From: Marinobacterium sp.
GTDB taxonomy: Bacteria > Pseudomonadota > Gammaproteobacteria > Pseudomonadales > Balneatricaceae
DNA length: 32,000 nt
Reading direction: 5' to 3'
Assembly (NCBI GenBank): GCA_030602245.1
Contig: JAUWAC010000006.1
Location: 105,245 to 137,244, forward strand
The translations under genes were made by a program, and so were the position numbers. This document shows, piece after piece, positions 18,599 to 26,729 of the stretch. Under the pieces are notes generated by a model. That model did not search any database. It was not told where the DNA came from and was given only the letters and a program-made list of their open reading frames with translations. Numbering within the stretch: the stretch's first letter is position 1; each line of letters opens with the position of its first letter.

Positions 18599-19594
18599 AT
18601 GAACAGAGCCGAACTGATCCAGCAATGGTTGCCGCACGGACCGCAACCGATCGCCAGCGAAACGCATTTCGCGCCGAGCAATATCGCGCTGTGCAAATAC
18701 TGGGGCAAGCGCGACAGTGAGCTGAACCTGCCGGTCAACGCGTCGCTGTCGGTGTCGCTGGATACGCTGGGCACGCGTACCGCGGTGGAGCCGATCGATG
18801 CCGACGCGGATGAGGTCTGGCTCAACGGCGAGCGGCAGGCGCCGCAGAGTCGGTTTGCCCAGCGTGTCAGCGGCTTCATCGATCTGTTCCGGGTCCATCA
18901 TCCCCAGACGCGCCTGCGCGTGCGTACCGAGAACAATATTCCCACCGCCGCCGGACTGGCGTCGTCCGCGTCCGGCTTTGCGGCACTGGCCCGGGCCTTG
19001 AATCAGGCGTTCGCACTGGAGCTGTCGGCGACCGATCTGTCGATCCTCGCGCGACTGGGCAGTGGTAGCGCCTGCCGCTCGCTGTTCGACGGCTTCGTCG
19101 AGTGGCAAATGGGCGTGCGTGACGACGGCCTGGACAGCCACGGCGTGCCGATCGAGGCGCGCTGGCCCGGCCTCAGCATCGGCCTGGTCAAGGTCGATGA
19201 GCGCGAGAAGAGCGTCGATTCCCGTGCCGGCATGCGGCGCACCAAGGAGACCGCGCACCTCTACCAGAGCTGGCCACTGCAGGCATCCACGGATCTGATC
19301 CGTCTGCGCGAGGCGATCAGTGCGCGCGACTTCGGCCTGCTCGGCAGCGTCGCCGAGCAGAACGCGCTGTCGATGCATGCCACCATGATCGCCTCCTGGC
19401 CGCCGCTGCTGTACTGGCAGCCGGACAGCGTTGCCGCGATGCAGAAAGTCTGGCAGCTGCGCAACGATGGGCTGGCGCTGTACTTCACGATGGATGCCGG
19501 ACCGAACCTGAAGCTGCTGTTCGAACAGGACTCGCGCGACGCGGTGCTCGAGCATTTTCCAACGCTGGAGATCGTGCAGCCGTTCGGAGTCTGA
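18599..19594 (+). CDS. mvaD: Diphosphomevalonate decarboxylase
   Basis: APSNIALCKYWGKRD, NNIPTAAGLASSASGFAAL, GSGSACRSL and TMDAGPN are canonical MVD motifs. Confidence 0.92.
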   Translation: MNRAELIQQWLPHGPQPIASETHFAPSNIALCKYWGKRDSELNLPVNASLSVSLDTLGTRTAVEPIDADADEVWLNGERQAPQSRFAQRVSGFIDLFRVHHPQTRLRVRTENNIPTAAGLASSASGFAALARALNQAFALELSATDLSILARLGSGSACRSLFDGFVEWQMGVRDDGLDSHGVPIEARWPGLSIGLVKVDEREKSVDSRAGMRRTKETAHLYQSWPLQASTDLIRLREAISARDFGLLGSVAEQNALSMHATMIASWPPLLYWQPDSVAAMQKVWQLRNDGLALYFTMDAGPNLKLLFEQDSRDAVLEHFPTLEIVQPFGV

Positions 19595-19598
19595 ACGG

Positions 19599-21926
19599 GT
19601 GAGCAGCGGCTTCGTTCTGACCCGGCATCAGCGCGACCATAACGACGCCATCGAGCTGAGCTACTGGCTCTGGACTGCGGACGGCGCGCGCAGGGCGGAT
19701 GTAACCGGCAGCGACGCCGTATTCTTCGTGCGTGCCGAGGACAGCGCGCGGATTCAGGCGCTGCTGCACGATCTGTCCGGCTGGCGTCTGCAGCCGCTGG
19801 CACTTGCGGGCCTTGATCAGGCGCCGGTGGCCGGACTCTACTGCCGTACCCTGGCGGTCTGGCGAGAGGCGATCGCCCGCCTGCAGCAGGCCGCTATCCC
19901 GATGATGGAGGAGGACATCCGCCCGGTCGATCGCTACCTGATGGAGCGGTTCATCCACGCCGGTGCCGAGGTCATCGATCATCCGGCCGGGACGCGGCTC
20001 AGACCTGCCCGCGTGACACCGACGTTCCGCACGCTGTCGCTGGATATTGAAACCACCCTGCGAGCCGATCGCATCCTCTCGGTGGCGCTGCAGGGGCCGG
20101 GGCTGGAGCGGGTACTGATCAACGGTGCGGCGCCCGAAGCCGAATGGATTCGCGGCTGCGGGGATGAACGCGAACTGCTTGAACAGACTGTCGCCGCGAT
20201 CAACCGTTATGACCCGGATATTCTGATCGGCTGGAATGTAGTCGGCTTCGATCTGCGTGTGCTCGATGCGCGGGCCCGGGCCCTGGGCGTGCCGCTGACG
20301 ATCGGTCGTGAGCCTCAGCCGATGCTCGTTGATCGGGCCCAGAACGGGCGCTGGTTCGCGCGCATCCCGGGGCGGGTGGTACTGGACGGTATCGATACCC
20401 TGAAGGGCGCGACCTGGCGGTTCGAACGCTACGGTCTCGACTTCGTTGCGCACGCGCTGCTGGGACGCGGCAAGGCAATAGACAAGACAGATGACCGCGG
20501 TGCTGAAATTCAACGCCTCTATGCTGAAGATCGCATGGCGCTGGCACGTTACAACCTCGAGGACTGCCGGCTGGTCAGCGAGATATTCGAGGTGGCCGGG
20601 CTGATCGATTACCTGATCGAGCGGGCACGCCTCACCGGCCTGCCGCTGGACAAGGTCGGCGGTTCGCAGCAGGCGTTCGACACCCTCTATCTGCCGGCGC
20701 TGCACCGGCGTGGCTACGTGGCGCCGCCGTACGCCTCGGGCCGCGCGGACCTGTCGATCCCGGGCGGTTTTGTCATGGACTCGGTACCGGGCCTGTATCG
20801 CCATATTCTGGTGCTCGACTTCAAAAGCCTGTACCCGAGCATCATCCGCACCTTCAAGATCGACCCGTTTGGACTCAGTGTCGGCACCCGCGCCGACGCG
20901 CCGGAAGAGGATCTGGTACCCGGCTTCAACGGGGCGATTTTCTCCCGCTCGCAGAATCTGCTGCCGGGCATCATCGAACAGCTGTGGCAGGCCCGCGACC
21001 GGGCCAAGGCGGAGGGCAATGCACCGCTGTCACAGGCGATCAAAATCCAGATGAACGCCTGCTACGGTGTGCTGGGCTCGCGCGTCTGTCGCTTCTTCGA
21101 TCAGCGCCTGTCCGGCTCGATTACGCTGCGCGGTCATCAGATTCTGAATCAGACCGCCGAGCGGATCGAACAGCATCATGGCCATCGCGTGATCTACGGC
21201 GACACCGATTCGGTGTTTGTCTGGCTCGGCGATGACTGGCCGGACCGGGATACGGCGGCCTATGGCGAAGCGCTGGCGCGGGCGTTAAATGACTGGTGGG
21301 CGCAACAGCTGCGCGAACGGTTTGCGCTCGACAGCGCACTTGAGCTGCAGTTCGAAGCCCATTACGAGCGTTTTCTGATGCCGCGCATGCGCCACAGCGA
21401 CAAGGGCAGCAAGAAGCGCTACGCCGGCCTCAAACGCCAGCCGGATGGTACGACGGCGCTGGTGTTCAAGGGTCTCGAATCGGTCCGAACCGACTGGACG
21501 GCGCTGGCGCGAAGGTTCCAGCGCGAACTCTACGCGCGTATCTTTGACGACCGCCCGTGGCAACCGCTGATTGAGGAAACGCTGACACAGCTGCGCGCAG
21601 GGGGCTGCGATGATCAGCTGGTTTACCACCGGCGTCTGCGCCAGCCGCTGGATGCCTACCAGCACAGCCAGCCGCCCCATGTGCGGGCGGCACGGCTGCT
21701 GGAGGCGAAGCGGCGCGAGGAGAACTTGCCGCCGGCCTATGCCGTGGGCGACAGCGTGCGCTATCTGATGACCGTCAACGGGCCGGAGCCGCTGGAGCTG
21801 TTGCGCTCGCCGATCGATTATCAGCACTATGTCGATAAGCAGCTGGCACCGGTGGCCGACACAATACTGCCGTTTATCGGCGCCCGCTTCGAGACGTTGT
21901 CGGCGCCGCAGATCGATCTGTTCTGA
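19599..21926 (+). CDS. polB: DNA polymerase II (family B)
   Basis: The N-terminus GFVLTRHQRDHNDAIELSYWLWT resembles E. coli Pol II (GFILTRHWRD...). Exo I is LSLDIETT, motif A is LDFKSLYPSIIRTF and motif C is IYGDTDSVFV. The GTG start is 4 nt after the mvaD stop. Confidence 0.93.
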   Translation: MSSGFVLTRHQRDHNDAIELSYWLWTADGARRADVTGSDAVFFVRAEDSARIQALLHDLSGWRLQPLALAGLDQAPVAGLYCRTLAVWREAIARLQQAAIPMMEEDIRPVDRYLMERFIHAGAEVIDHPAGTRLRPARVTPTFRTLSLDIETTLRADRILSVALQGPGLERVLINGAAPEAEWIRGCGDERELLEQTVAAINRYDPDILIGWNVVGFDLRVLDARARALGVPLTIGREPQPMLVDRAQNGRWFARIPGRVVLDGIDTLKGATWRFERYGLDFVAHALLGRGKAIDKTDDRGAEIQRLYAEDRMALARYNLEDCRLVSEIFEVAGLIDYLIERARLTGLPLDKVGGSQQAFDTLYLPALHRRGYVAPPYASGRADLSIPGGFVMDSVPGLYRHILVLDFKSLYPSIIRTFKIDPFGLSVGTRADAPEEDLVPGFNGAIFSRSQNLLPGIIEQLWQARDRAKAEGNAPLSQAIKIQMNACYGVLGSRVCRFFDQRLSGSITLRGHQILNQTAERIEQHHGHRVIYGDTDSVFVWLGDDWPDRDTAAYGEALARALNDWWAQQLRERFALDSALELQFEAHYERFLMPRMRHSDKGSKKRYAGLKRQPDGTTALVFKGLESVRTDWTALARRFQRELYARIFDDRPWQPLIEETLTQLRAGGCDDQLVYHRRLRQPLDAYQHSQPPHVRAARLLEAKRREENLPPAYAVGDSVRYLMTVNGPEPLELLRSPIDYQHYVDKQLAPVADTILPFIGARFETLSAPQIDLF

Positions 21927-21997
21927 CGCGGATCGAGTAGAAGGGAATCAACCACGCCTGCGTGGGTCCAACAGGCTGCAGACAGAATGAGACCGAC

Positions 21998-22522
21998 ATG
22001 ACCGACCCCGACCGCAACCGCCGTCGCATGGCCCGCCTGATGACCCACCTGACCTGGGTGGCGATCCTCGCGTTGCTGACGCTCTACTTCAATCGCTATA
22101 TCGAATCCCGTGATAATCCCAACGCGACACTGGCGCTGGTCGAGGGCGGCGCTGCCGAGGTCGTGCTGCAGAGCGATCGGGCCGGGCACTATCAGGCCCC
22201 GGGCCGCATCAACGGCCAGCGGGTGCGCTTTCTGCTCGATACCGGCGCCACGACGGTGAGCGTGCCGGCGGATCTTGCGCAAACGCTCGGGCTCGAATGG
22301 GGGCGGCCGCTGCAGTCGATGACCGCCAACGGCACGGTCACGGTCTACCGCACGACACTGGCGAGCGTCACCCTTGGCGGCATTCAGATGCGCGATGTGA
22401 CGGCGACGATCAACCCGGGGATGCAGGGCGATGTGGTGCTGCTCGGCATGAGCTTCATGCAGCATCTGGAACTGACCCAGCGCAATGGACAGTTGACCCT
22501 GCGGTTGCCCGCAGACGGTTGA
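21998..22522 (+). CDS. Retropepsin-like (clan AA) aspartic protease with N-terminal TM segment
   Basis: THLTWVAILALLTLYF is the TM segment. GHYQAPGRINGQRVRFLLDTGATTVSVP carries the DTGA catalytic motif, followed by GMSFMQHL. I chose the ATG at 21998; the track ORF starts at GTG 21962. Confidence 0.75.
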   Translation: MTDPDRNRRRMARLMTHLTWVAILALLTLYFNRYIESRDNPNATLALVEGGAAEVVLQSDRAGHYQAPGRINGQRVRFLLDTGATTVSVPADLAQTLGLEWGRPLQSMTANGTVTVYRTTLASVTLGGIQMRDVTATINPGMQGDVVLLGMSFMQHLELTQRNGQLTLRLPADG

Positions 22523-22583
22523 CGTTGGCGCGCGCCAACCCAGCGACTAGTCTGGAAACAGACCCGTCGCTGGAGACACTGCC

Positions 22584-23039
22584 ATGAAACGCCTACTGCT
22601 GTTACCGCTGCTGCTGGCCCTGCTGGCCGGCTGTGCATCCGTACCCATGTCATCGCTGGACGAGGATGATCGTGCCAAGCGCTTCGATACAGACCCGCAG
22701 TACGCCAATATCTACCTCTATCGCAACGAGAACTTCGGTGGTGCGATCGCCATGCCGGTGAGTCTGGATGGGCAGATGGCGGGCCGAACCGGGCCGAACC
22801 GGGCCGGGCCGAAAACCTACTTCCTGTGGACCGTCGAGCCGGGACGGCACGAGATCGTCTCCCACACCGAAAACGATGCCCGGCTGGTGCTGAATACCGA
22901 ACCCGGACGCAACTACTTTGTCTGGCAGGAGGTAAAGATGGGGATGTGGACGGCACGTTCTCAACTGCATGAAGTCAGTGCCGAGCAGGGCATGGCGGGT
23001 GTGGCCGAGTGCAAGCGGGCGCAGAGCACTCTGCCCTGA
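22584..23039 (+). CDS. Lipoprotein, DUF2846-like
   Basis: MKRLLLLPLLLALLAGC has a lipobox (LAGC). IYLYRNENFGGAIAMPVSLDG...YFLWTVEPGRHEI...NTEPGRNYFVWQEV has the DUF2846-type pattern as I recall it. Confidence 0.7.
   Translation: MKRLLLLPLLLALLAGCASVPMSSLDEDDRAKRFDTDPQYANIYLYRNENFGGAIAMPVSLDGQMAGRTGPNRAGPKTYFLWTVEPGRHEIVSHTENDARLVLNTEPGRNYFVWQEVKMGMWTARSQLHEVSAEQGMAGVAECKRAQSTLP
22781..22810 (+). repeat. Three tandem 10-bp units (gggccgaacc gggccgaacc gggccgggcc) inside the lipoprotein CDS
   Basis: Read directly from the sequence. 3 x 10 bp keeps the frame and encodes ...GRTGPNRAGP... Confidence 0.8.
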
Positions 23040-23051
23040 GCCCGCCCGGTG

Positions 23052-23717
23052 TTACTCGTCGTGCAGCAGGAAAATCACCAGACGGCGCGGTCCGTGTGCG
23101 CCCATCTGCAGTCGCTGCTCGATGTCGGCACTGCGTGAGGGGCCGGTGATCAGGTTTACGGTACGCGGCATCTGGCCGCCGGTGGCCTGGCGCAGCTTCT
23201 GCCAGGCGTCCTCGTAGGGGCCGACGATGGTACTGGCGGCCAGCACGACCAGATGGGTGTCGGGCAGGAAGTTCAGCGTCGTGGGGCTGTCGCTGCCCGA
23301 ATAGAGCATCAGCGTGCCGGTTTCCGCGATGCCGCAGAACGCGTTGGTCAGGCTGGCGGCATCACCGACTTCGGCCGGGCGCTGTTCGCGTACCAGTCCG
23401 TTGCCCGACCAGGCCAGATCGGTCAGGTTTGCGTCGCTGGCCATCACCAGCTGATCGATACCGTTATCGGCGAGCCAGCTTTCCACGGCGCCGGCGAGCT
23501 CCGAACGGTGCTGCAACTCCACCAGCTCGGCGGCGCTTTCGATCGCCATGTCGATGAACAGTTTGAGCCGTTGCGCCGTGGGCAGCTGGGCCCGCTGTGG
23601 GATCAGATTGGCCGCACGGGCGTCAAGGCGGGCGCGCACCGCTGCACGGCGCACGTCGTCACTGGCCTGCACACGCAGGCCGCTGCGGATACGGTTGAAA
23701 ATCTCGGCTTTGCTCAT
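23052..23717 (-). CDS. lutC: Lactate utilization protein C (LUD domain, YkgG family)
   Basis: MSKAEIFNRIRSGL... gives a 221-aa LUD-type protein downstream of lutA and lutB. Its ATG overlaps the lutB stop (ATGA), so I prefer 23717 to the track start 23735. Confidence 0.8.
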   Translation of the reverse strand: MSKAEIFNRIRSGLRVQASDDVRRAAVRARLDARAANLIPQRAQLPTAQRLKLFIDMAIESAAELVELQHRSELAGAVESWLADNGIDQLVMASDANLTDLAWSGNGLVREQRPAEVGDAASLTNAFCGIAETGTLMLYSGSDSPTTLNFLPDTHLVVLAASTIVGPYEDAWQKLRQATGGQMPRTVNLITGPSRSADIEQRLQMGAHGPRRLVIFLLHDE

Positions 23718-25117
23718 CGGTTGCGCGCCTCCCACTGCTGCATGAACGTCTTGCCGCTGGGTGCCGGCAGATCACGGTGATCGGTCCAGCCGCCGGCCAG
23801 CGGCAGCTTGCCGAGACGGCCTTTCTTGCCGGCCAGCAGCCGCAGTACCCAGTTACCGCTGCCGGCAAACCAGCGATACAGCGCCGGTCGGCGGGCGAAG
23901 AAACTCCAGAATTTCAGGCCGTAGCGGACGCCGGCCGGACTCAGGTGCTGCTCGAACTCCCGGTCGCGCCAGTGCCGCATCAGCTTCGGCAGCGGAATGC
24001 GAACCGGGCATACCTCCTCGCACTTGCCGCAGAAGGTCGAAGCGTTGGGCAGCAGCCCGGCGTTTTCAATGCCGACCATCTGCGGCGTCAGTACCGAGCC
24101 CATCGGTCCGGGGTAGACCCAGCCGTAAGTCTGGCCGCCGACGGCGCCGTAGACCGGGCAGTGGTTCATACAGGCGGAGCAGCGGATGCAGCGCAGCATC
24201 TCCTGCAGTTCGGTACCGACCATGTCACTGCGGCCGTTATCGACCAGGACGACATGGAACTGCTCCGGACCGTCCTGATCACCGGGGCGGCGCGGGCCGC
24301 TGGAGAGGGTGTTGTAGACGGTGAACTCCTGCCCGGTGGCCGAGCGGGCGAGCAGGCGCAGGAACAGGGTCATGTCCTCGAGTGTGGGCACCACCTTCTC
24401 GATCGAAGACACCACAATATGGGTTTTCGGCAGCGTCTGCGTCAGGTCGCCGTTGCCCTCGTTGGTGCAGATGATCGTCGAACCGGTCTCGGCGATCAGG
24501 AAGTTGGCACCGGTGATGCCGACATCGGCGGCGACGAACTGCTTGCGCAGCATTTCGCGTGCCTCCTGCATCAGCACGGCCGGATCATCGCTCCTGGGGC
24601 GCTTGTGGTGCTCATGGAAGGCGGTGGCGACGTCGTTCAGCGTCAGGTGGATCGCTGGCGCCACGATATGACTCGGGTGGTCACCGCGCAGCTGCAAAAT
24701 GTATTCGCCGAGGTCGGTTTCCACCGGCGTTACGCCGTGCGCTTCGAGATAGTCGTTGAGCCCGATCTCTTCGCTGACCATCGACTTGCCTTTGGTGACG
24801 GTTTTCGCCCCCTGTGCGCGGCAGATGTCGAGGATGGTGCGGCGGGCATCGTCCGCGCTGCGGCACCAGTGCACGGTACCACCGTTGGCGGTGACATTGC
24901 GTTCGAACTCCTCCAGATACAGATCCAGATGTTCGAGGATATGGTTTTTCAGGTCGCGCGCCTGATCGCGCAGCTGGTCGAATTCGGGCAATCGCGCGAC
25001 AGCGGCGGCGCGCTTACCCGGAAAACCGGCCTTCAGATTGCCAAGCGCCTGCTGCAGGTTCGCATCCTGCAGCGCGATACGGGCGGCCTGTTTGAACTCG
25101 GGACTTCTGACTTCCAT
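23714..25117 (-). CDS. lutB: Lactate utilization protein B (4Fe-4S ferredoxin-type, YkgF family)
   Basis: CIRCSACMNHCPVY and CGKCEEVCPVRIP are cluster motifs, and there is an N-terminal LUD-like region; 467 aa. SD ggagg precedes the ATG. Confidence 0.88.
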   Translation of the reverse strand: MEVRSPEFKQAARIALQDANLQQALGNLKAGFPGKRAAAVARLPEFDQLRDQARDLKNHILEHLDLYLEEFERNVTANGGTVHWCRSADDARRTILDICRAQGAKTVTKGKSMVSEEIGLNDYLEAHGVTPVETDLGEYILQLRGDHPSHIVAPAIHLTLNDVATAFHEHHKRPRSDDPAVLMQEAREMLRKQFVAADVGITGANFLIAETGSTIICTNEGNGDLTQTLPKTHIVVSSIEKVVPTLEDMTLFLRLLARSATGQEFTVYNTLSSGPRRPGDQDGPEQFHVVLVDNGRSDMVGTELQEMLRCIRCSACMNHCPVYGAVGGQTYGWVYPGPMGSVLTPQMVGIENAGLLPNASTFCGKCEEVCPVRIPLPKLMRHWRDREFEQHLSPAGVRYGLKFWSFFARRPALYRWFAGSGNWVLRLLAGKKGRLGKLPLAGGWTDHRDLPAPSGKTFMQQWEARNR

Positions 25118-25127
25118 CGCGGCCTCC

Positions 25128-25895
25128 TTATGCGCGCTTTTCAGCGCCGATCGGCGGGGTATCGAGCATGTCGGCGAGCACCTCGACCACGTGACGGGCC
25201 TCGACGCTGACGCCGTCGCGCTTGAGTTTGCCGGCCATGTTCAGCAGGCAGCCCAGATCGCCGCCCAGCAGCAGCTCGGCGCCGGTGGCGCGAATGTTGT
25301 CGCTCTTGTTGCTGACCATCCGGTTGGAGATATCCGGATACTTGACGCAAAAAGTGCCGCCAAACCCGCAGCAGGTTTCGGCTTCCTCCATCTCGCACAG
25401 CTGCACGCCCGGCATGTTCGAGAGCAGTTCGCGTGGCTGGCGCTTGATGCCGAGCTCGCGCAGGCCGGAGCAGGAGTCATGGTAGGTGACCTTGCCGCTG
25501 AACGAGCCTGACAGCCGCTGCGGATCCAGATGCTCGGACAGGAAGCTGGTGATCTCGAATGCGCGCGCCTTGAGTTGTACGGCGCGCTGATGCCAGGGGT
25601 CATTGTCGGCGAACAGCTCGGGGTAGTGGTGCAGCATGCCGATACAGGAGCCGGAGGGGCCGACCACGTATTCGAAGCCATCGAACGCCTCGATGGTCTG
25701 GCGTGCGATCGCCGCCGAGTCTTCACGGTCGCCGGAGTTGAAGGCGGGCTGGCCGCAGCAGGTCTGGCGGCGCGGCACCTCGACATCGAAACCGGCCAGC
25801 TCCAGCAGTTTGACGCTGGCAAACGCGACCTCCGGGCGGAACATGTCAGCCAGGCAGGTGACGAACAGGCCGACGCGGGGACGGGGGGTAGCCAT
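25128..25895 (-). CDS. lutA: Lactate utilization protein A ((Fe-S)-binding CCG-domain protein, YkgE family)
   Basis: VGLFVTCLADMFRPEV, the two CCG motifs (QTCCGQPAFNSG and ETCCGFGGTF) and GGDLGCLLN. Confidence 0.88.
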   Translation of the reverse strand: MATPRPRVGLFVTCLADMFRPEVAFASVKLLELAGFDVEVPRRQTCCGQPAFNSGDREDSAAIARQTIEAFDGFEYVVGPSGSCIGMLHHYPELFADNDPWHQRAVQLKARAFEITSFLSEHLDPQRLSGSFSGKVTYHDSCSGLRELGIKRQPRELLSNMPGVQLCEMEEAETCCGFGGTFCVKYPDISNRMVSNKSDNIRATGAELLLGGDLGCLLNMAGKLKRDGVSVEARHVVEVLADMLDTPPIGAEKRA

Positions 25896-26012
25896 GAGTG
25901 CTTATCTCTGCAGTTCGTATTGTTGGAATGTGCATTGAAAGATAGGCGAGGGGGTCGATATTGGAAATCGGATTCGGCAAACTGGTCTGACCATGGCAGG
26001 GCGGGATATTCG

Positions 26013-26729
26013 GTGACTGAATCGAACCACGAGACGACAGGGGCAGGCGGGCGCAGCGAAACGCTGTACCGCCATCTGCGTGAACAGATCGTCAGTGCTG
26101 CGCTGCCGCCGGGCGCCCGGTTGCCCTCGGAACGTGCACTGGCGCGTGAGCAGGGGTTGTCGCGGGAGATGGTACGCGGTGCCCTGTCCCGGCTCGAGGC
26201 CGGTGGTCTGATTACCTCGGCGCAGGGGCGGGCCAGCCGGGTCAGAAATCTGCTCGAACCCCATCTGCAGCTGCCGCTGGAGGGACTTGGCGATGATCTG
26301 GATTTTCAGCTGCAGGTGATGGAGGTGCGGGCCCTGCTCGAGGGCGAATGTGCGTGGTACGCGGCGCAGCGGGCCAGTGATGCGCAGCTGGACGCGCTGG
26401 CGGAGGAGTACGCCCGCATGCACGCACGGGAGCAGGGCGAAACCACCCTGAGCAAGGCCCGCGCCGACCTGCGTTTTCACATGCTGATCGCCGAGTCGAG
26501 CCATAACCTGCTGCTGATCTCGTTCAGCCAGCTGTTCTATGCGCGCTACTTCAATGCGATCTACGGTGTGCTGTCGCGCACGCTGAAAAAGTTCGGTCGC
26601 TATCCGGAGGGCATTCGCAGCCACCACGCCGGCATTCACCGGGCGTTGCAGGCCCGGGATGCCGAAACGGCGCGGCGCATCGCGCGCGAACATATTCTCT
26701 ATACGCGCGCGCTGCTGGAGGAGTGTTAA
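26013..26729 (+). CDS. GntR-family transcriptional regulator with FCD domain (LldR/LutR-like), divergent from lutABC
   Basis: LYRHLREQIVSAALPPGARLPSERALAREQGLSREMVRGALSRLEAGGLI is a GntR wHTH. DLRFHMLIAESSHN and other C-terminal helices indicate an FCD. There is no in-frame ATG, so I chose GTG 26013. The 5' part of the track ORF 25530.. is the shadow of lutA. Confidence 0.75.
   Translation: MTESNHETTGAGGRSETLYRHLREQIVSAALPPGARLPSERALAREQGLSREMVRGALSRLEAGGLITSAQGRASRVRNLLEPHLQLPLEGLGDDLDFQLQVMEVRALLEGECAWYAAQRASDAQLDALAEEYARMHAREQGETTLSKARADLRFHMLIAESSHNLLLISFSQLFYARYFNAIYGVLSRTLKKFGRYPEGIRSHHAGIHRALQARDAETARRIAREHILYTRALLEEC

Noticed and set aside
19400-19600. LexA (SOS) box upstream of polB
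   Set aside because: I found only imperfect or wrongly spaced candidates by eye: CTGTACTTCACGATGG, CTGT-N12-ACAG at about 19406-19425, and the palindrome CTGTTCGAACAG. None fits CTGT-N8-ACAG.
14782-20804. Chain of long minus-strand ORFs (14782..16584, 16542..17678, 17503..18879, 18479..19555, 19485..20804) opposite the mevalonate genes and polB
   Set aside because: All are antisense to genes with canonical catalytic motifs, and none shows a domain I recognise. I treat them as shadows, not as an antisense operon.
7663-21926. T1SS plus mevalonate plus polB block as a genomic island or mobile element
   Set aside because: There is no integrase, transposase, tRNA, flanking direct repeats or visible compositional break. 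Only functional oddity suggests accessory status, so I do not call a mobile element.
22524-22539. 16-bp perfect GC-rich palindrome GTTGGCGCGCGCCAAC right after the protease gene
   Set aside because: It could form a short hairpin but has no T-tract, and the next gene starts 45 nt later on the same strand. There is not enough evidence to call it a terminator or operator.
23777-25210. 477-aa + strand ORF opposite lutB
   Set aside because: It is a shadow ORF. lutB on the minus strand has two canonical 4Fe-4S CxxCxxCxxxCP motifs.
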